Assembly (NCBI GenBank): GCA_038087875.1
Contig: CM075996.1
Coordinates: 8,434,001 to 8,498,000 of the forward strand
DNA length: 64,000 bases
DNA from: Malacoraja senta
Taxonomy: Eukaryota
Direction of reading: 5' to 3'
The notes under the pieces were generated by a model, which worked only from the letters and a program-made list of their open reading frames with translations, had not been told where the DNA came from and did not search any database. Numbering within the stretch: the stretch's first letter is position 1; each line of letters begins with the position of its first letter. This document shows, in pieces, positions 43,526 through 55,100 of this stretch. Made by a program: the position numbers and the translations under genes.

Positions 43526-46500
43526 GGACCTGGACCATCCCCCCTGACCTCCCCCTTTCTGATACGGAACCCAGACCAGAGATAAGAATAACAGGTGTGA
43601 GAGGTTTTAAGAGTTGTGGATTGTGAAGCCAGGGAGAGCAAAGTAGGGGGGGGGGGAAGGGGAGAAATAGATGGGATTCCAGATGGGGCCCGGGGAGGGA
43701 ATGGGGGGGGGGGGGGAGAGGAGAGGAGTATGGGGCAGAAAAGGGGCGGAGGGGGGGAATTAGTTAGAGGTTACCGAAAATTGGAGAATTCAACGTTCAT
43801 AGAGTGAAACAGTGTAGAAACAGGCCCTTCGGCCCAGCTTGCCCACACCGGCCAGCATGTCCCAGCTACACTAGTCCCACCTGCCTGCCACTGGGCTGTA
43901 AGCTACCCAAGCGGAATATGAGGTGCTGTTCCTCCACTTTGCGTGTGGCCCCACTCTGGCAACGGAGGAGGCCCAGGACAGAAAGGTCAGTGCGTGAACG
44001 GGATATTTCCGCCAGTGGGAGAATCTTGGATAAAGAGACGTTAGTTGAAAGTAAAATAACTTGTCATTTAAAACGAAGGTATGTGAGGATTTCTTCTCAC
44101 AGAGGATGGCCCATCTCTGGGAGTCCCTGCCCGGGGAGACAAACTCATTAGATGTATTTAAAGTGGAGATAGGTAATTAGTGAAACAATTGGGGGAATTG
44201 AAGTCCATGGGGATCTAGCACTGAGGATAGATCAGCCACTGTATCAGAGGTAGATTTACCTCTTGGGGCTAACTGAATCAAGGGATATGGGAAGAAAGCA
44301 GGAACGGGGTACTGATTCTGGATAATCAGCCATGGTCATCTTGAATGGCAGTGCTGGCTCAAAGTCCTGAATGGCCTACTCCTGAGCCTGTGTCTTTGTT
44401 TCATTCAGATTAGTGGGGCAGCCATTCAGAATGGCAGTCTGAAGAAGGGTCCTGACCCAAAACGTCACCCATTCCTTCTCTCCAGAGAATCTGCCCGCCC
44501 GTTGAGTTACTCCAGCATTTTGTGTTTATCTTCGGTTTAACCAGCATCTGCAGTTCCTTCCTACACATTCAGAATGATGAGGCAGGCTTCATATGTTCTA
44601 GGAGCAGAATTAGGCCATTCAGCCCATCAATTCTACTCCGCCATTTAATCATGGCTGATCTATGGGCCTCCTCTATGGTTTGAACATTGACTTTTCCAAT
44701 TTCAGGTAGTCCTTGCTTTCTCCCTCTTTCCCCTCCCCTTCCCAGCTCTCCCTCAGCCCACTGTCTCCGCCTCTCCTTTCTTCTTCCTGCCCCCCCCCCA
44801 CATCAGTCTGAAGAAGGGTCTCGACCCAAACCATCACCTATTCCTTCTCTCCATAGATGCTGCCTCACCCGCTGAGATCCTCCAGCATTTTTGTCGACCT
44901 TCGATTTTTCCAGCATCTGCAGTTCCTTCTTAAACATTTCAACCCCATTCTTCTGCCTTCTCCTCATATCTCCTGACACCGTACTAATCACAAATCTTTC
45001 AATATCCACCTTAAAAATATGGATTGTCTTGGTCTCCACGGCTGTCTGTCCACAGACATTGTGCCTTCCCCCACAGTGGTGGTCATTGTGGGGGGATGAT
45101 TTTGTGTGCTGTGCCTGTGCCTGTGCCTGTCAGTCCGTGTACAAGATGGCGGTCTGAGGGGAGAGTGGACACTGGCGCGAATTGGTCGCCGCTGCTCTCT
45201 CCTCAAATTGTGTTTCTTATTTTCTTTTGGTGCTTTTGAAATTGAATTCTGTCCTTGATTTGTGTACTGTGGTGTTTTTTTATTTAATTTATTCCGATTA
45301 TGTGTTTTTTTTGTTTTGTTGTGATTCTATGCATTGTAAGGTGTCCTTGGGTTTTAGAAAGGCGCCAGTAAATAAAATGATTATTATTATTATTATTAGA
45401 CTCACCACCCTCTGAGTAAAGGAATTCCTTCTCATCTCCTTTCTAAAGGTACCTTTTATTCTGAGGCTGTGCCCTCTGGTCCTAGACTCTCCCACCAGTG
45501 GAAACATCCTCTCCACATTCACTCTATCCAGGCCTTTCACTCGTTTAGTTCAGAGATACAGCGCGGAAACAGACCAATCAGCCCACTGGGTCCACACCGA
45601 CCAGCGATCCCCGCACATTAACACTATCCTACACACACAAGGGACAATTTTTACATTTACCAAGCCAATTTACCCACATACCTGTGCGTTTTTGGAGTGT
45701 TGGAGGAAACCGAAGATCTCGGCCAAAACCCACGGGGTCACGGGGAGAACGTACAAACTCCGTACAGACAGCGCCCATAGTCAGGATGGAACCCGGGTCT
45801 CCGGCGCTGCATTCGCTGTAATGCAGCAACTCTACCGCTGGGCTTGAAATGCTGAATGCATTACCCTGCCCCTGAAATCACTGCAGCATATAGCAGTGTG
45901 GCATCAAGAAGCCCTGGTAAAACTCCAGTCGCAGAGAGAACACTGTGAAGGCTTGAGTCACACCTCACACAAAGAGAGATGGTGATGGTTGTCAGAAACT
46001 CTTAATTCCAACCCCAGGGCATCAAGTGTAGGAAGGAACTGCAGATGCTGGTTTAAATCGAAGATTTAAACCAGCATCAGGCTATTAAACCTGGCTCGGA
46101 CATAACACTGAACTTTATTAGCCAATACTGTTATTTGCATTTTATCAGTATATTGACCATTGTGTATATATTTATAGAATGCCTTGTAGTAAATGCCTAC
46201 TATGTTCTGTTGTGCTCAAGCAAAGCAAGAATTTCATTGTCCTACCAGGGACACATGACAATAAACTCACTTGACTTGACTTGAGATAGACACAAAATGC
46301 TGGAGTAACCCAGCAGGACAGGCAGCATCTCTGGAGAGAAAGAATGGGTGACTTTTCGGGTCGACTCTGAAGAAGGGTCTCGACCCGAAACGCCACCCAT
46401 TCCTTCTCTCCAGAGAGGCTGCCTGTCCCGCTGAGTTACTCCAGCATTTTGTATCCATCCCAGGACATCAACAGCACCGCACTCTCTCCTCAGCTTCTTC

Positions 46501-46812
46501 ATCAATGGCCTTCCTGCTATCTAAGGGGCAGATGTGGGGACGATTTGTGCAATGTTCCATCCATCAACTGATCGGTAAGCGTATGAATGGTGGGATAAGC
46601 TTGGGCCGCTGAGTACATAATCCTGCTCCTATCTTCTATACGATAGAACTTTATTTATCTCAGGATCTGCCAACAGTCATAAAAACATAAAATACATGAA
46701 ATGAAAGTGATGTGGAAAGGATTGGGGGATGTGCAAAGATTGGGGAGGGGGGAGGGGAGAGGGGGGGCAGTCTCAGTTTAACGACTAAGGGGAGGAGTGG
46801 TGCAGTTTGGTA

Positions 46813-47189
46813 AGGGCCTGTCCAACTTGGCCTTCATTTGCGCCTCATTTACGCATCATATGTAAATACTGCATGCAACGGACGTTCATGCACGGTGACG
46901 TAACCATGCGTCACCACGCGATACACGCGAGACGTCGGGACGCCAGCGTGCGACGCCAATGCGTCAGTGTGCGTACGCGATACGTCACACAGGTGGCGCG
47001 CGAGGATTTCGTTACACTAAGAAATCCTGGGAAGCCGCGCGATACCGCACGCCGTCGCATGCGATTCCACGCCTCACCCTGCGCAATGCATGCGTCACCC
47101 ACGCACACCCCACGTGTCATGTCGCGTCGACCTATTTTACATATGACGCGTAAATGAGGCGCAAATGACGGCCAAGTGGGACAGGCCTT
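46813..47189. mobile_element. PIF/Harbinger-like MITE with long imperfect TIRs
   Basis: AGGGCCTGTCCAACTTGGCC.TCATTTGCGCCTCATTTACGC is mirrored at the right end; GTA on both flanks. Confidence 0.75.
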
Positions 47190-47546
47190 GTAGCCACCAG
47201 ATCTTTGGTAGCCACAGGGAAGAAGGATCTCCTGTGGAGTTCTGTTCTGCATCTGTCCTTGTGACGGCCCCTGAAATCACGGCAGCCTATGACTGAAGAG
47301 GCCACTTGGCTTTATGTTGGAGCAATTCCTTCTGGTCCAGCATCACACACCAGCTATTTTTTTCCTTTCATATTATCGAGCTCCATTATGAAGCCCACAA
47401 TTAAATCCCAGACAGTGAACATCTACTCCAGAGGAAGTTTTCCCTCACGGCCACTTTAAGTTTTTTTGCCAGTCGCATGTGCTCTGTGCATCTGTCAATG
47501 AGAACTTTTTCATTTGAGTTAATACCATACACTTCATCATTAAATT

Positions 47547-47837
47547 GGGGCGGCACGGTGGCGCAGCCGTAGATTTCCTGCCTCACAGCGCCAGAGACCC
47601 GGGTTTGATCCTGACTGTACGGAGTTTGTACATTATCCTGTGACCATGTGGATTTCCTCCGGGTGCTCCAGTTTCCTCCCACACTCCAAAGACGTACAGG
47701 TTTGTACGTTAGTTAGTTTCGGTAAAGATTGTAAATAGCCCCAAGTGTGTAGGATAGTGCTAGTGTACGGGGATCGCTGGTCAGTGCGGACACAGTGAGC
47801 CGAAGGGCCTGTTTCCGCGTTGTATCTCTAAACTAAA
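47547..47837 (+). mobile_element. tRNA-derived SINE (HE1/V-SINE-like); representative of many copies, e.g. 20893-21110 (+), 45545-45840 (-), 47845-48120 (+)
   Basis: Pol III A/B-box-like head GGTGGCGCAG...GGGTT(T/C)GATCC; conserved core GGTTTCCTCCCACACTCCAAAGACGTACAGG; (CTAAA)n tail. Confidence 0.8.
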
Positions 47838-49654
47838 TACCTTGCAGAGTCGGAGACCCGGGTCCAATCCCGACTACGGGTGCTGTCTGTACGGAGTTTG
47901 TATGTTCTCCCCGTGACTGCGTGGGTTTTCTCCGAGATCTTCGGTTTCCTCCCACACGCCAAAGATGTACAGGTATGTAGGTTAATTGGCTTGATGTATG
48001 TGTAAATTGTCCCTAGTGTGTGTAGGATAGTGTTAATCTGCGGGATCGCTGGTCGGTACGGGCTCGGTGGGCCGAAGGGCCTGTTTTCACAGATGTATCT
48101 GTAAACTAATCTAAACTAAATACCTCTCAGATCCTCTCTCAACTTACTCGGTTGAGAGCAGAAGAACCCAGGCATCTCTATGTAGCTAGATTCCATCATC
48201 CCTGGAACGCCTCTGCACTCTCCCCAAACCTTTACACAAATGTGGCTCACGCTGAACATCATATCCATTGCTGCCAAAAACGAGTGTCTTGCAGAGACTC
48301 AAGAGATTGCAGATGTAGGAATGATGAGGAAAAAAACTGACAAAGCGTGCAACAAAAATTGGCTGGACTGCGAGGCAGCCCCAAACAAACAAGGGGTCTC
48401 CCATTCAGGGACGTTCACAGTCCTTTCCCCAAAATAGGGGATTCTAAAACTGAAGAACAAAAGCTGAGGGGGGCGGGGGGGGGTGGAGAGAGAGATTGAA
48501 CAGGGAAAAGGGGCAACATTTTCACACGGAGGGCAGACGGTATCTGGAATGAGCATCCAGAAGAGGGTATCGGATACAAATGTGACTATGGATAGAGTGG
48601 GTGTAACCTAAAATGATGCAGTGTAAGTCAGCGGCCAGAAAGACGTGCCAGTACGTTATGGTGGGAGCTGCTCGCTCCGCACGGGCGAGGCGTACACATG
48701 GATCTGCCGGCGCGGAGAGATACGTTACATCCACCTCGAGGAGACACCCCCAACTCTTAGACTACCTCGAACCCATAACAATAAATGAACACTCAACACC
48801 ACTGAACACAAACGTGCTGCATTTTATTACCGCCATTCCCCCCCTCACCCCCCCCCCCCCCAACATGTGCTGTCTGTTCTTTTTGGTAACATAGAAACAT
48901 AGAAAATAGGTGCAGGAGTACCTCTGTGGAATTCTCTGCTAGAGGGCGGTGGAGGCAGGTTCTCTGGATGCTTTCAAGAGAGAGCTAGAGAGCTCTTAAA
49001 AATAGCGGAGTCAGGGGATATGGGGAGAAGGCAGGAACGGGGTACTGATTGGGGATGATCAGCCATGATCACATTGAATGGCGGTGCTGGCTCAAAGGGC
49101 CAAATGGCCTACTCCTGCAACTAAAGATCTATTGTCTATTGAAAGTATCCAGAGAACCAGCCTCCACCGTCCTCTGAGGCAGAGAATTCCACAGACTCAC
49201 AACTCTGTGTGAAAAAGTGTTTCCTCGTCTCCGTTCTAAATGGCTTACCCCTTATTCTAAACTGTGGCCCCTGGTTCTGGAGTCCCCCAACATCGGGAAC
49301 ATGGTTCCTGCCTTTAGCGTATCCAAACCCTTAATAATCTTATATGTTTCAATAAAATCCCCTCTCATCCTTTTAATAAAAACCCTCTCATCCTTTTAAT
49401 AAAATCCCCTCTCATCCTTTTAAACTCCGGAGTATACAAGCCCAGCCAATCCATTCTCCCAGCATATGACATTCCCGCAATCCCGGGAATTAACCTTGTA
49501 AACCTACGCTGCACTCCCTCAATGTCAATCACCCACACTATCCCCGCCCCCACCATCACAAACATTCCCACTGACTCCTCTCCCTGTTGATCAGTCGCTG
49601 ACCACGCCCCATCAGACGTAGACAAAAATGCTGGAGAAACTCAGCGGGTGAGGC

Positions 49655-50842
49655 GTAGGTGTGAGGTGCTCTTGGGGCTGCTGTACTTGCCGCAAGTGTG
49701 GCCTGTCCCTGTCCCTCCCACAGGGATCACCCGGGCCGTCTTCCAGTTCATCTGGGGGTCAAGGTTAGACCGGGTGCGACGGGCCACAATGCACAAGTCG
49801 GTAGACAAGGGGGGTAAAAGCGTGCCCAATGTCGCCCTCACCCTGATGGCCACCTTCGAGTGTGGCTGCATCAGGCGGAGTGTGGAGCCAAGGCATGTGG
49901 GCACCAAGTGTCACTACCTGCTGAGGTTCTACCTGTCCCCGGTGTTGCGAAGGATGGGCCTGGCGCAGATGCCACGCAATGTGCCAGTCAGCTGGACGTT
50001 GCCGCCCCATCTGTCGTCTGTGGAAAGGTTCTTCCGGACCAACACCTTTGACCACAAGTCCATCGGGCAGTGGTCAGCACGGAATGCCCTGCAGACTTCC
50101 TAGCTTGTCTGGAAAAATGCCTCATCGCCAGAACTCACCAACAAGCACCAAGACCTGGCTTGGCTGGCGGTGAGGGGAGCCCTCCCAGTCAGATCCTTCC
50201 TGCACCGTCGGAACCTCACTACCAGCGCACGCTGCCCTCGGGATGGCTGCTATGGAGAGGAGACGGTTGCCCACCTCTTTGCAGAGTGTGGGATCGCAAA
50301 GAGAGTCTGCAAGGATCCCTGGCATGCTTTATCCCGAACAGCTCCGTCACAGAGGACTCTGTGATTTACGGACTGTTCCCAGGGACACATTCAGAGACTG
50401 ACATCAAGTGTGGCTGGAAGGTCATCAACTCGGTGAAAGACACTCTTTGGTCTGCCCGAGCGTTGTTAACCACCCAGCGGAGTGAGATGTCCGTCAGGGA
50501 ATGTTGCCGACTGGCCCGCTGCAGACTGCAGGAGTACGTGCTGAGGGACTCACTGAAGTTTGGTGCAGCCAACGCCAAGGCTCTGTGGGGAGGACCACAG
50601 TCTAGGGTCCTTCCGCTGCTGGACATGGGACAGGGTGTGGTGGAGACGCCCCTCAAAATAAGGGAAGGGATTCTACGCCAGTGGGCCACATGAGTGGCAA
50701 GGGTGTGGGGTAAAATTGTGATTTAGGGAAACTGTATTGTGTGTTTGTATAGCCTCCGAGAATGTCGGATGGAGTTTTGCATGGATCATGTATTCTATAT
50801 ATTTATTTCTCGAATAAAGTCTATTTTGAAATTTAAAAAAAG
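49655..50842 (+). mobile_element. L1/Tx1-like LINE, 3' fragment
   Basis: FQFIWG..DRVRRATM..DKGG..VPN, zinc-finger-like CPRDGCYGEETVAHLFAEC, VKDTLWSAR; AATAAA and A-rich tail near 50813-50842; frameshifted. Confidence 0.75.
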
Positions 50843-51113
50843 AATTGTGCGGAAGTGTTGGGCAAAGCGATCGCCAAGCCTGCGCCTGGTCTCACCGATG
50901 TAGAGCAGTTGACACCTAGAGCAGCGGATGCAATAGATGAGGTTGGAGGAAGTACAGGTGAACCTCTGCCTCACCTGGAAAGACTGCTTGGGTCCTTGGA
51001 TGGAGTCAAGAGGGGAGGTAAAGTGACAAGTGTGGCATTTCCTGCGGTTGCAAGGGAAAGTACCAGGGGAGGGGGTAGTTCGGGTGGGAAGGGACGAATT
51101 GACCAGGGAGTTA
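50843..51113 (-). mobile_element. Penelope-like element, GIY-YIG endonuclease fragment
   Basis: PCNRRKCHTC...FTCTSSNLIYCIRCSRCQLLYIGETRRRLGDRFAQH. Confidence 0.85.
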
Positions 51114-51643
51114 AGGGGCTGTCCCACTGCGGCGACCTAATCCGCGAGTTCAGAAGAGTTTGCCCTCGACTCATACTCGCAGCATGGTCGACACGAGGAG
51201 GTCTTTGTAATTCTCCTTCATGCTCGAAAGTAATCCCCGCGTACTCGAGGCCTCAGCAAGGTCACGCCGTATCTTTCAACATGCTGAAAAATGCCTGCAA
51301 GTAAAAAAAGTCGCCATGGAAAAAAATCTATATTTTTTTTACTCGCAGTTTAGTCGAGGTAGGTTGTATTAGGTTGGCATGTTAGTCGTAGGTAATTGAG
51401 GGTTGTCGAAGGTAATCAAAGGTAATCGAAGGTAGTCTAAGGTAATCGAAGGTTGTCGTAGATAGTCTTCAACATAGTCGAAGGGAGGTCGAATGAGATC
51501 GAAGGAGGTCGTCTTCACTCTCCACTATTCGGTGTCCAATTTTCCCGAAGCTAGTCGAAGCTAGTCTTCAACATGACACTTTTTCAAACTCTCCTAAACT
51601 CTTCTAAACTCGCCAATTAGGTCGCCGCGGTGGGACAGCCCCT
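51114..51643. mobile_element. PIF/Harbinger-like MITE (530 bp)
   Basis: TIR AGGGGCTGTCCCAC(T/C)GCGGCGACCTAAT; TTA TSD at 51111-51113 and 51644-51646. Confidence 0.8.
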
Positions 51644-51659
51644 TTACGGAGGGTTCAAG

Positions 51660-52160
51660 GGAAAGTGACAGTTATCTGGCCCCGCCCCCTCCATATGTAA
51701 ATCAGTCCCCACTGACCACGCCCCTCGCATATCACGTGCCCTGCCCCTGCCTGGTGTGGGCGCGCAGGCGCGGTGCGGGTGCGCGCGTAGCCGCCTGGTG
51801 GGGAAGATGGCGCCGCGCGGGGAGGAGGCAGCGGGAGCGGACACGGACACGGACACGGACACGGACAAGGCGGGGTTCACAGGTAACGGCCAGCGGGGAG
51901 GGCGGAGACAAGATAACATAATACGGGCCAGGGTGCCGGGGAAAGAGGGAAGGGGGGGGCAGGGAGCGTGGCTGACTGACTGACCGACCAACCGTCTCCC
52001 CTCCCCTCCCCCCCCCGCAGTGATTCCCGCGCTGCTCTCAGGGAGCGGCGGCGCCGCCCGGCAGCTGCTGGTGAAGCCGCACCGGGCCCGAGAGGCGGCC
52101 GCCCGCCGGCCACAGGAGCGAACCCTGTTCGTGCTCAATCTGCCGCCCTACTGCACACAG
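51660..52160 (+). promoter_or_regulatory. CpG-rich promoter/5' region of RRP7A
   Basis: GC box GGCCCCGCCCCC near 51678; CACGTG near 51733; GCGCAGGCGC NRF1-like site; AAGATGGCG YY1-like site over the ATG; high CpG density. Confidence 0.7.
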
Positions 52161-55100
52161 GTACCGGGGGGAGAGGGTGAAAGGGGGAGAGAGAGGGTGA
52201 AGGGGGAGAGAGGGTGAAGGGGGAGAGAGAGAGGGGGAAGAGAGAGAGAGGGGGAAGGGGGAAGAGAGAGAGAGGGGGAAGGGGGAAGAGAGATAGAGGG
52301 GGAAGGGGGAAGAGAGATAGAGGGGGAAGGGGGAAGAGAGAGAGAGAGGGGGAAGGGGAAGAGAGATAGAGGGGGAAGAGAGATAGAGGGGGAAAGGGGG
52401 AAGAGAGAGAGAGGGGGAAGGGGGAAGAGAGATAGAGGGGGAGGGGGAAGAGAGATAGAGGGGGAAGGGGAAGAGAGATAGAGGGGGAAGGGGGAAGAGA
52501 GATAGAGGGGGAAGGGGGAAGAGAGATAGAGGGGGAAGGGGGAAGAGAGATAGAGGGAGAAGGGGGAAGAGAGATAGAGGGGGAAGGGGAAGAGAGATAG
52601 AGGGGGAAGGGGGAAGAGAGATAGAGGGGGAAGAGAGATAGAGGGGGAAGGGGGAAGAGAGATAGAGGGGGAAGGGGGAAGAGAGATAGAGGGGGAAGGG
52701 GGAAGAGAGAGAGAGGGGGAAGGGGGAAGAGAGATAGAGGGGGAAGAGAGTTAGAGGGGGAAGGGGGAAGAGAGATAGAGGGGGAAGAGAGATAGAGGGG
52801 GAAGGGGGAAGAGAGATAGAGGGGGAAGGGGGAAGAGAGAGAGAGGGGGAAGGGGGGAAGAGAGATAGAGGGGGAAGGGGGAAGAGAGATAGAGGGGAAG
52901 GGGGAAGAGAGATAGAGGGGGAAGGGGGAAGAGAGATAGAGGGGGAAGGGGGGAGAGAGATAGAGGGGGAAGGGGAAGAGAGATAGAGGGGGAAGGGGGA
53001 AGAGAGATAGAGGGGGAAGGGGGAAGAGAGATAGAGGGGGAAGGGGGAAGAGAGATAGAGGGGGAAGGGGGAAGAGAGATAGAGGGGGAAGGGGGGAAGA
53101 GAGATAGAGGGGGAAGGGGGAAGAGAGATAGAGGGGGAAGGGGAAGAGAGATAGAGGGGGAAGGGGAAGAGAGATAGAGGGGGAAGGGGGGAAGAGAGAT
53201 AGAGGGGGAAGGGGGAAGAGAGATAGAGGGGGAAGGGGGGAAGAGAGATAGAGGGGGGAAGGGGGAAGAGAGATAGAGGGAGAAGGGGGAAGAGAGATAG
53301 AGGGGGAAGGGGAAGAGAGATAGAGGGGAAGGGGGAAGAGAGATAGAGGGGGAGAGAGAGATGAGGGGAAGGGGGAAGAGAGGGGAAGAGGGAGAGGAGA
53401 AGGAGGGGGAAGGGGGAGGGAGAGGGGCGAAGGGGGAGGGAGAGGGTGAAGGTGGAGGGAGATGGGGAGAGAGGTTAAGGGATGTGGGGGGAGAGAGGGT
53501 GAAGAAGGGGGTGAAGGGGGAGAGAGAGGTTAAGGAGTGAAGGTGGAAGGGGATGAAGGAGATGAAGGGGAGAGATTGAGGGTGTGTGCAGGAGGTGGAG
53601 GGGGGGAGGGGACAGGTGAGGAAAGGTGGGAGGGGGATTGGGGGAGGTGACTGGGATGATGGAGAGAAGAGGACGTCGGGGAGGGAATGGTATGGGATCT
53701 GAGGGTTATGGTGGTAGGGGAGGGATTAGGGAAAATATCCTGGCTGAGGGGGGAATCCCCAGGTGAACATTCGCTCCTTAAGTTTGCTCAGTCATGTAAT
53801 AAGATTGATCCAACTATATCTCCATTACCGTCTCCTCCAGAAACCTTTCAGTCCCTCACTGTCCAAGAATCTGCCAGCGTTTTCAGAGAAAATATTATTT
53901 CCAGCACTCTTTGGGGATGGTAATTATAAAAATTCACAACTCTTTGACAGAAATGTTCTCTTCATCTCTGTCTTAAACAGGTGACCCTTTGATTCTGGAT
54001 TCTCCCACAAAGTCTGTCGAGATGCCTTGGGATCTAATGTTTCATTCAAATCCTCTCCCTCCATGAGGACAAATAAAATCGTTCTTCCCACCCAAGTTTA
54101 GTTTAGAGATACAGCGCGGAAACAGGTCCTTCGGCATACCAAGTCTGTGTCGACCAGCGCTCCCGCACATTAACACTATCCTACACGTTAAGGACAATTT
54201 ACACATGCACCAAGCCAATTAACCTACAAACCTGTACTCTTTGGAGTGTGGGAGGAAACAGATCTCGGAGAAAACCCATGGGGAGAATGTATAAACTCTG
54301 TACAGACAGCACCCGTAGTCAGGATCGAAGATAGACACGAAAAGCTGGAGTAACTCAGCAGGACAAGCAGCATCTCTTGAGAGAAGGAATGGGTGACATT
54401 TTGGGTCGAGGCTGAAGAAGGGTCTCGACCCGAAATGTCGCCCATTACTTCTCTCCGGAGATGTTGCCTGTCTCACGGAGTTACTCCAGCATTTTGTCTC
54501 TTCCTATAACTCAAGCTAACTCAAGCACACAAGTCCATGTAATATACTGGTGAATCTATTCCAACTTAAAAACATGCGTCCTACAGCAGAATGAGCAGAG
54601 CTGCACATGGTACTCCAAGTGTGGTGTGTACTCCATTCAGAAGGGTGTTGGATGGGCAAAAGGGGTTAGCAACTGTGAAAAACTGTCCTTGGACATATTT
54701 TAAATGTTGGTTATGTTATACTGAAATGGTCTAAAGAAGTGTCGCTTTCTGTGTCGTGCTAGGAGAGTGTGCACAGGCTTTTTTCACAGTGTGGCACTGT
54801 CACCTCCGTGGAACTGCAGGAGAAGCCAGGCCCAGGAGCCAAATCCGAGGCAAAGAAATCAAAGTTCTTCTCCAGGAAATATGCGGAGGTAATCAGTGCA
54901 CGGGGTGACTGGCATTAGAATTCAGCGGGCCTTCGGACATATTTTGAGAAGTGGAGTAAAAGACTGCGTGTTGCGAAGAAAATGGCTGCAGATCAAAGAT
55001 CTGTGAATGAGTTTCACGACTTGCCCTGACTGACTTTGGTCCCTATAAAGTCTTGAGTGAGTGTGGGTTGGTGTGCTTGGGTAACTGGTCTGGTTTCAGC

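Noticed and set aside
47547..47620. tRNA genes
   Set aside because: The tRNA-like heads continue into a SINE body and tail and recur as degenerate copies; no convincing cloverleaf.
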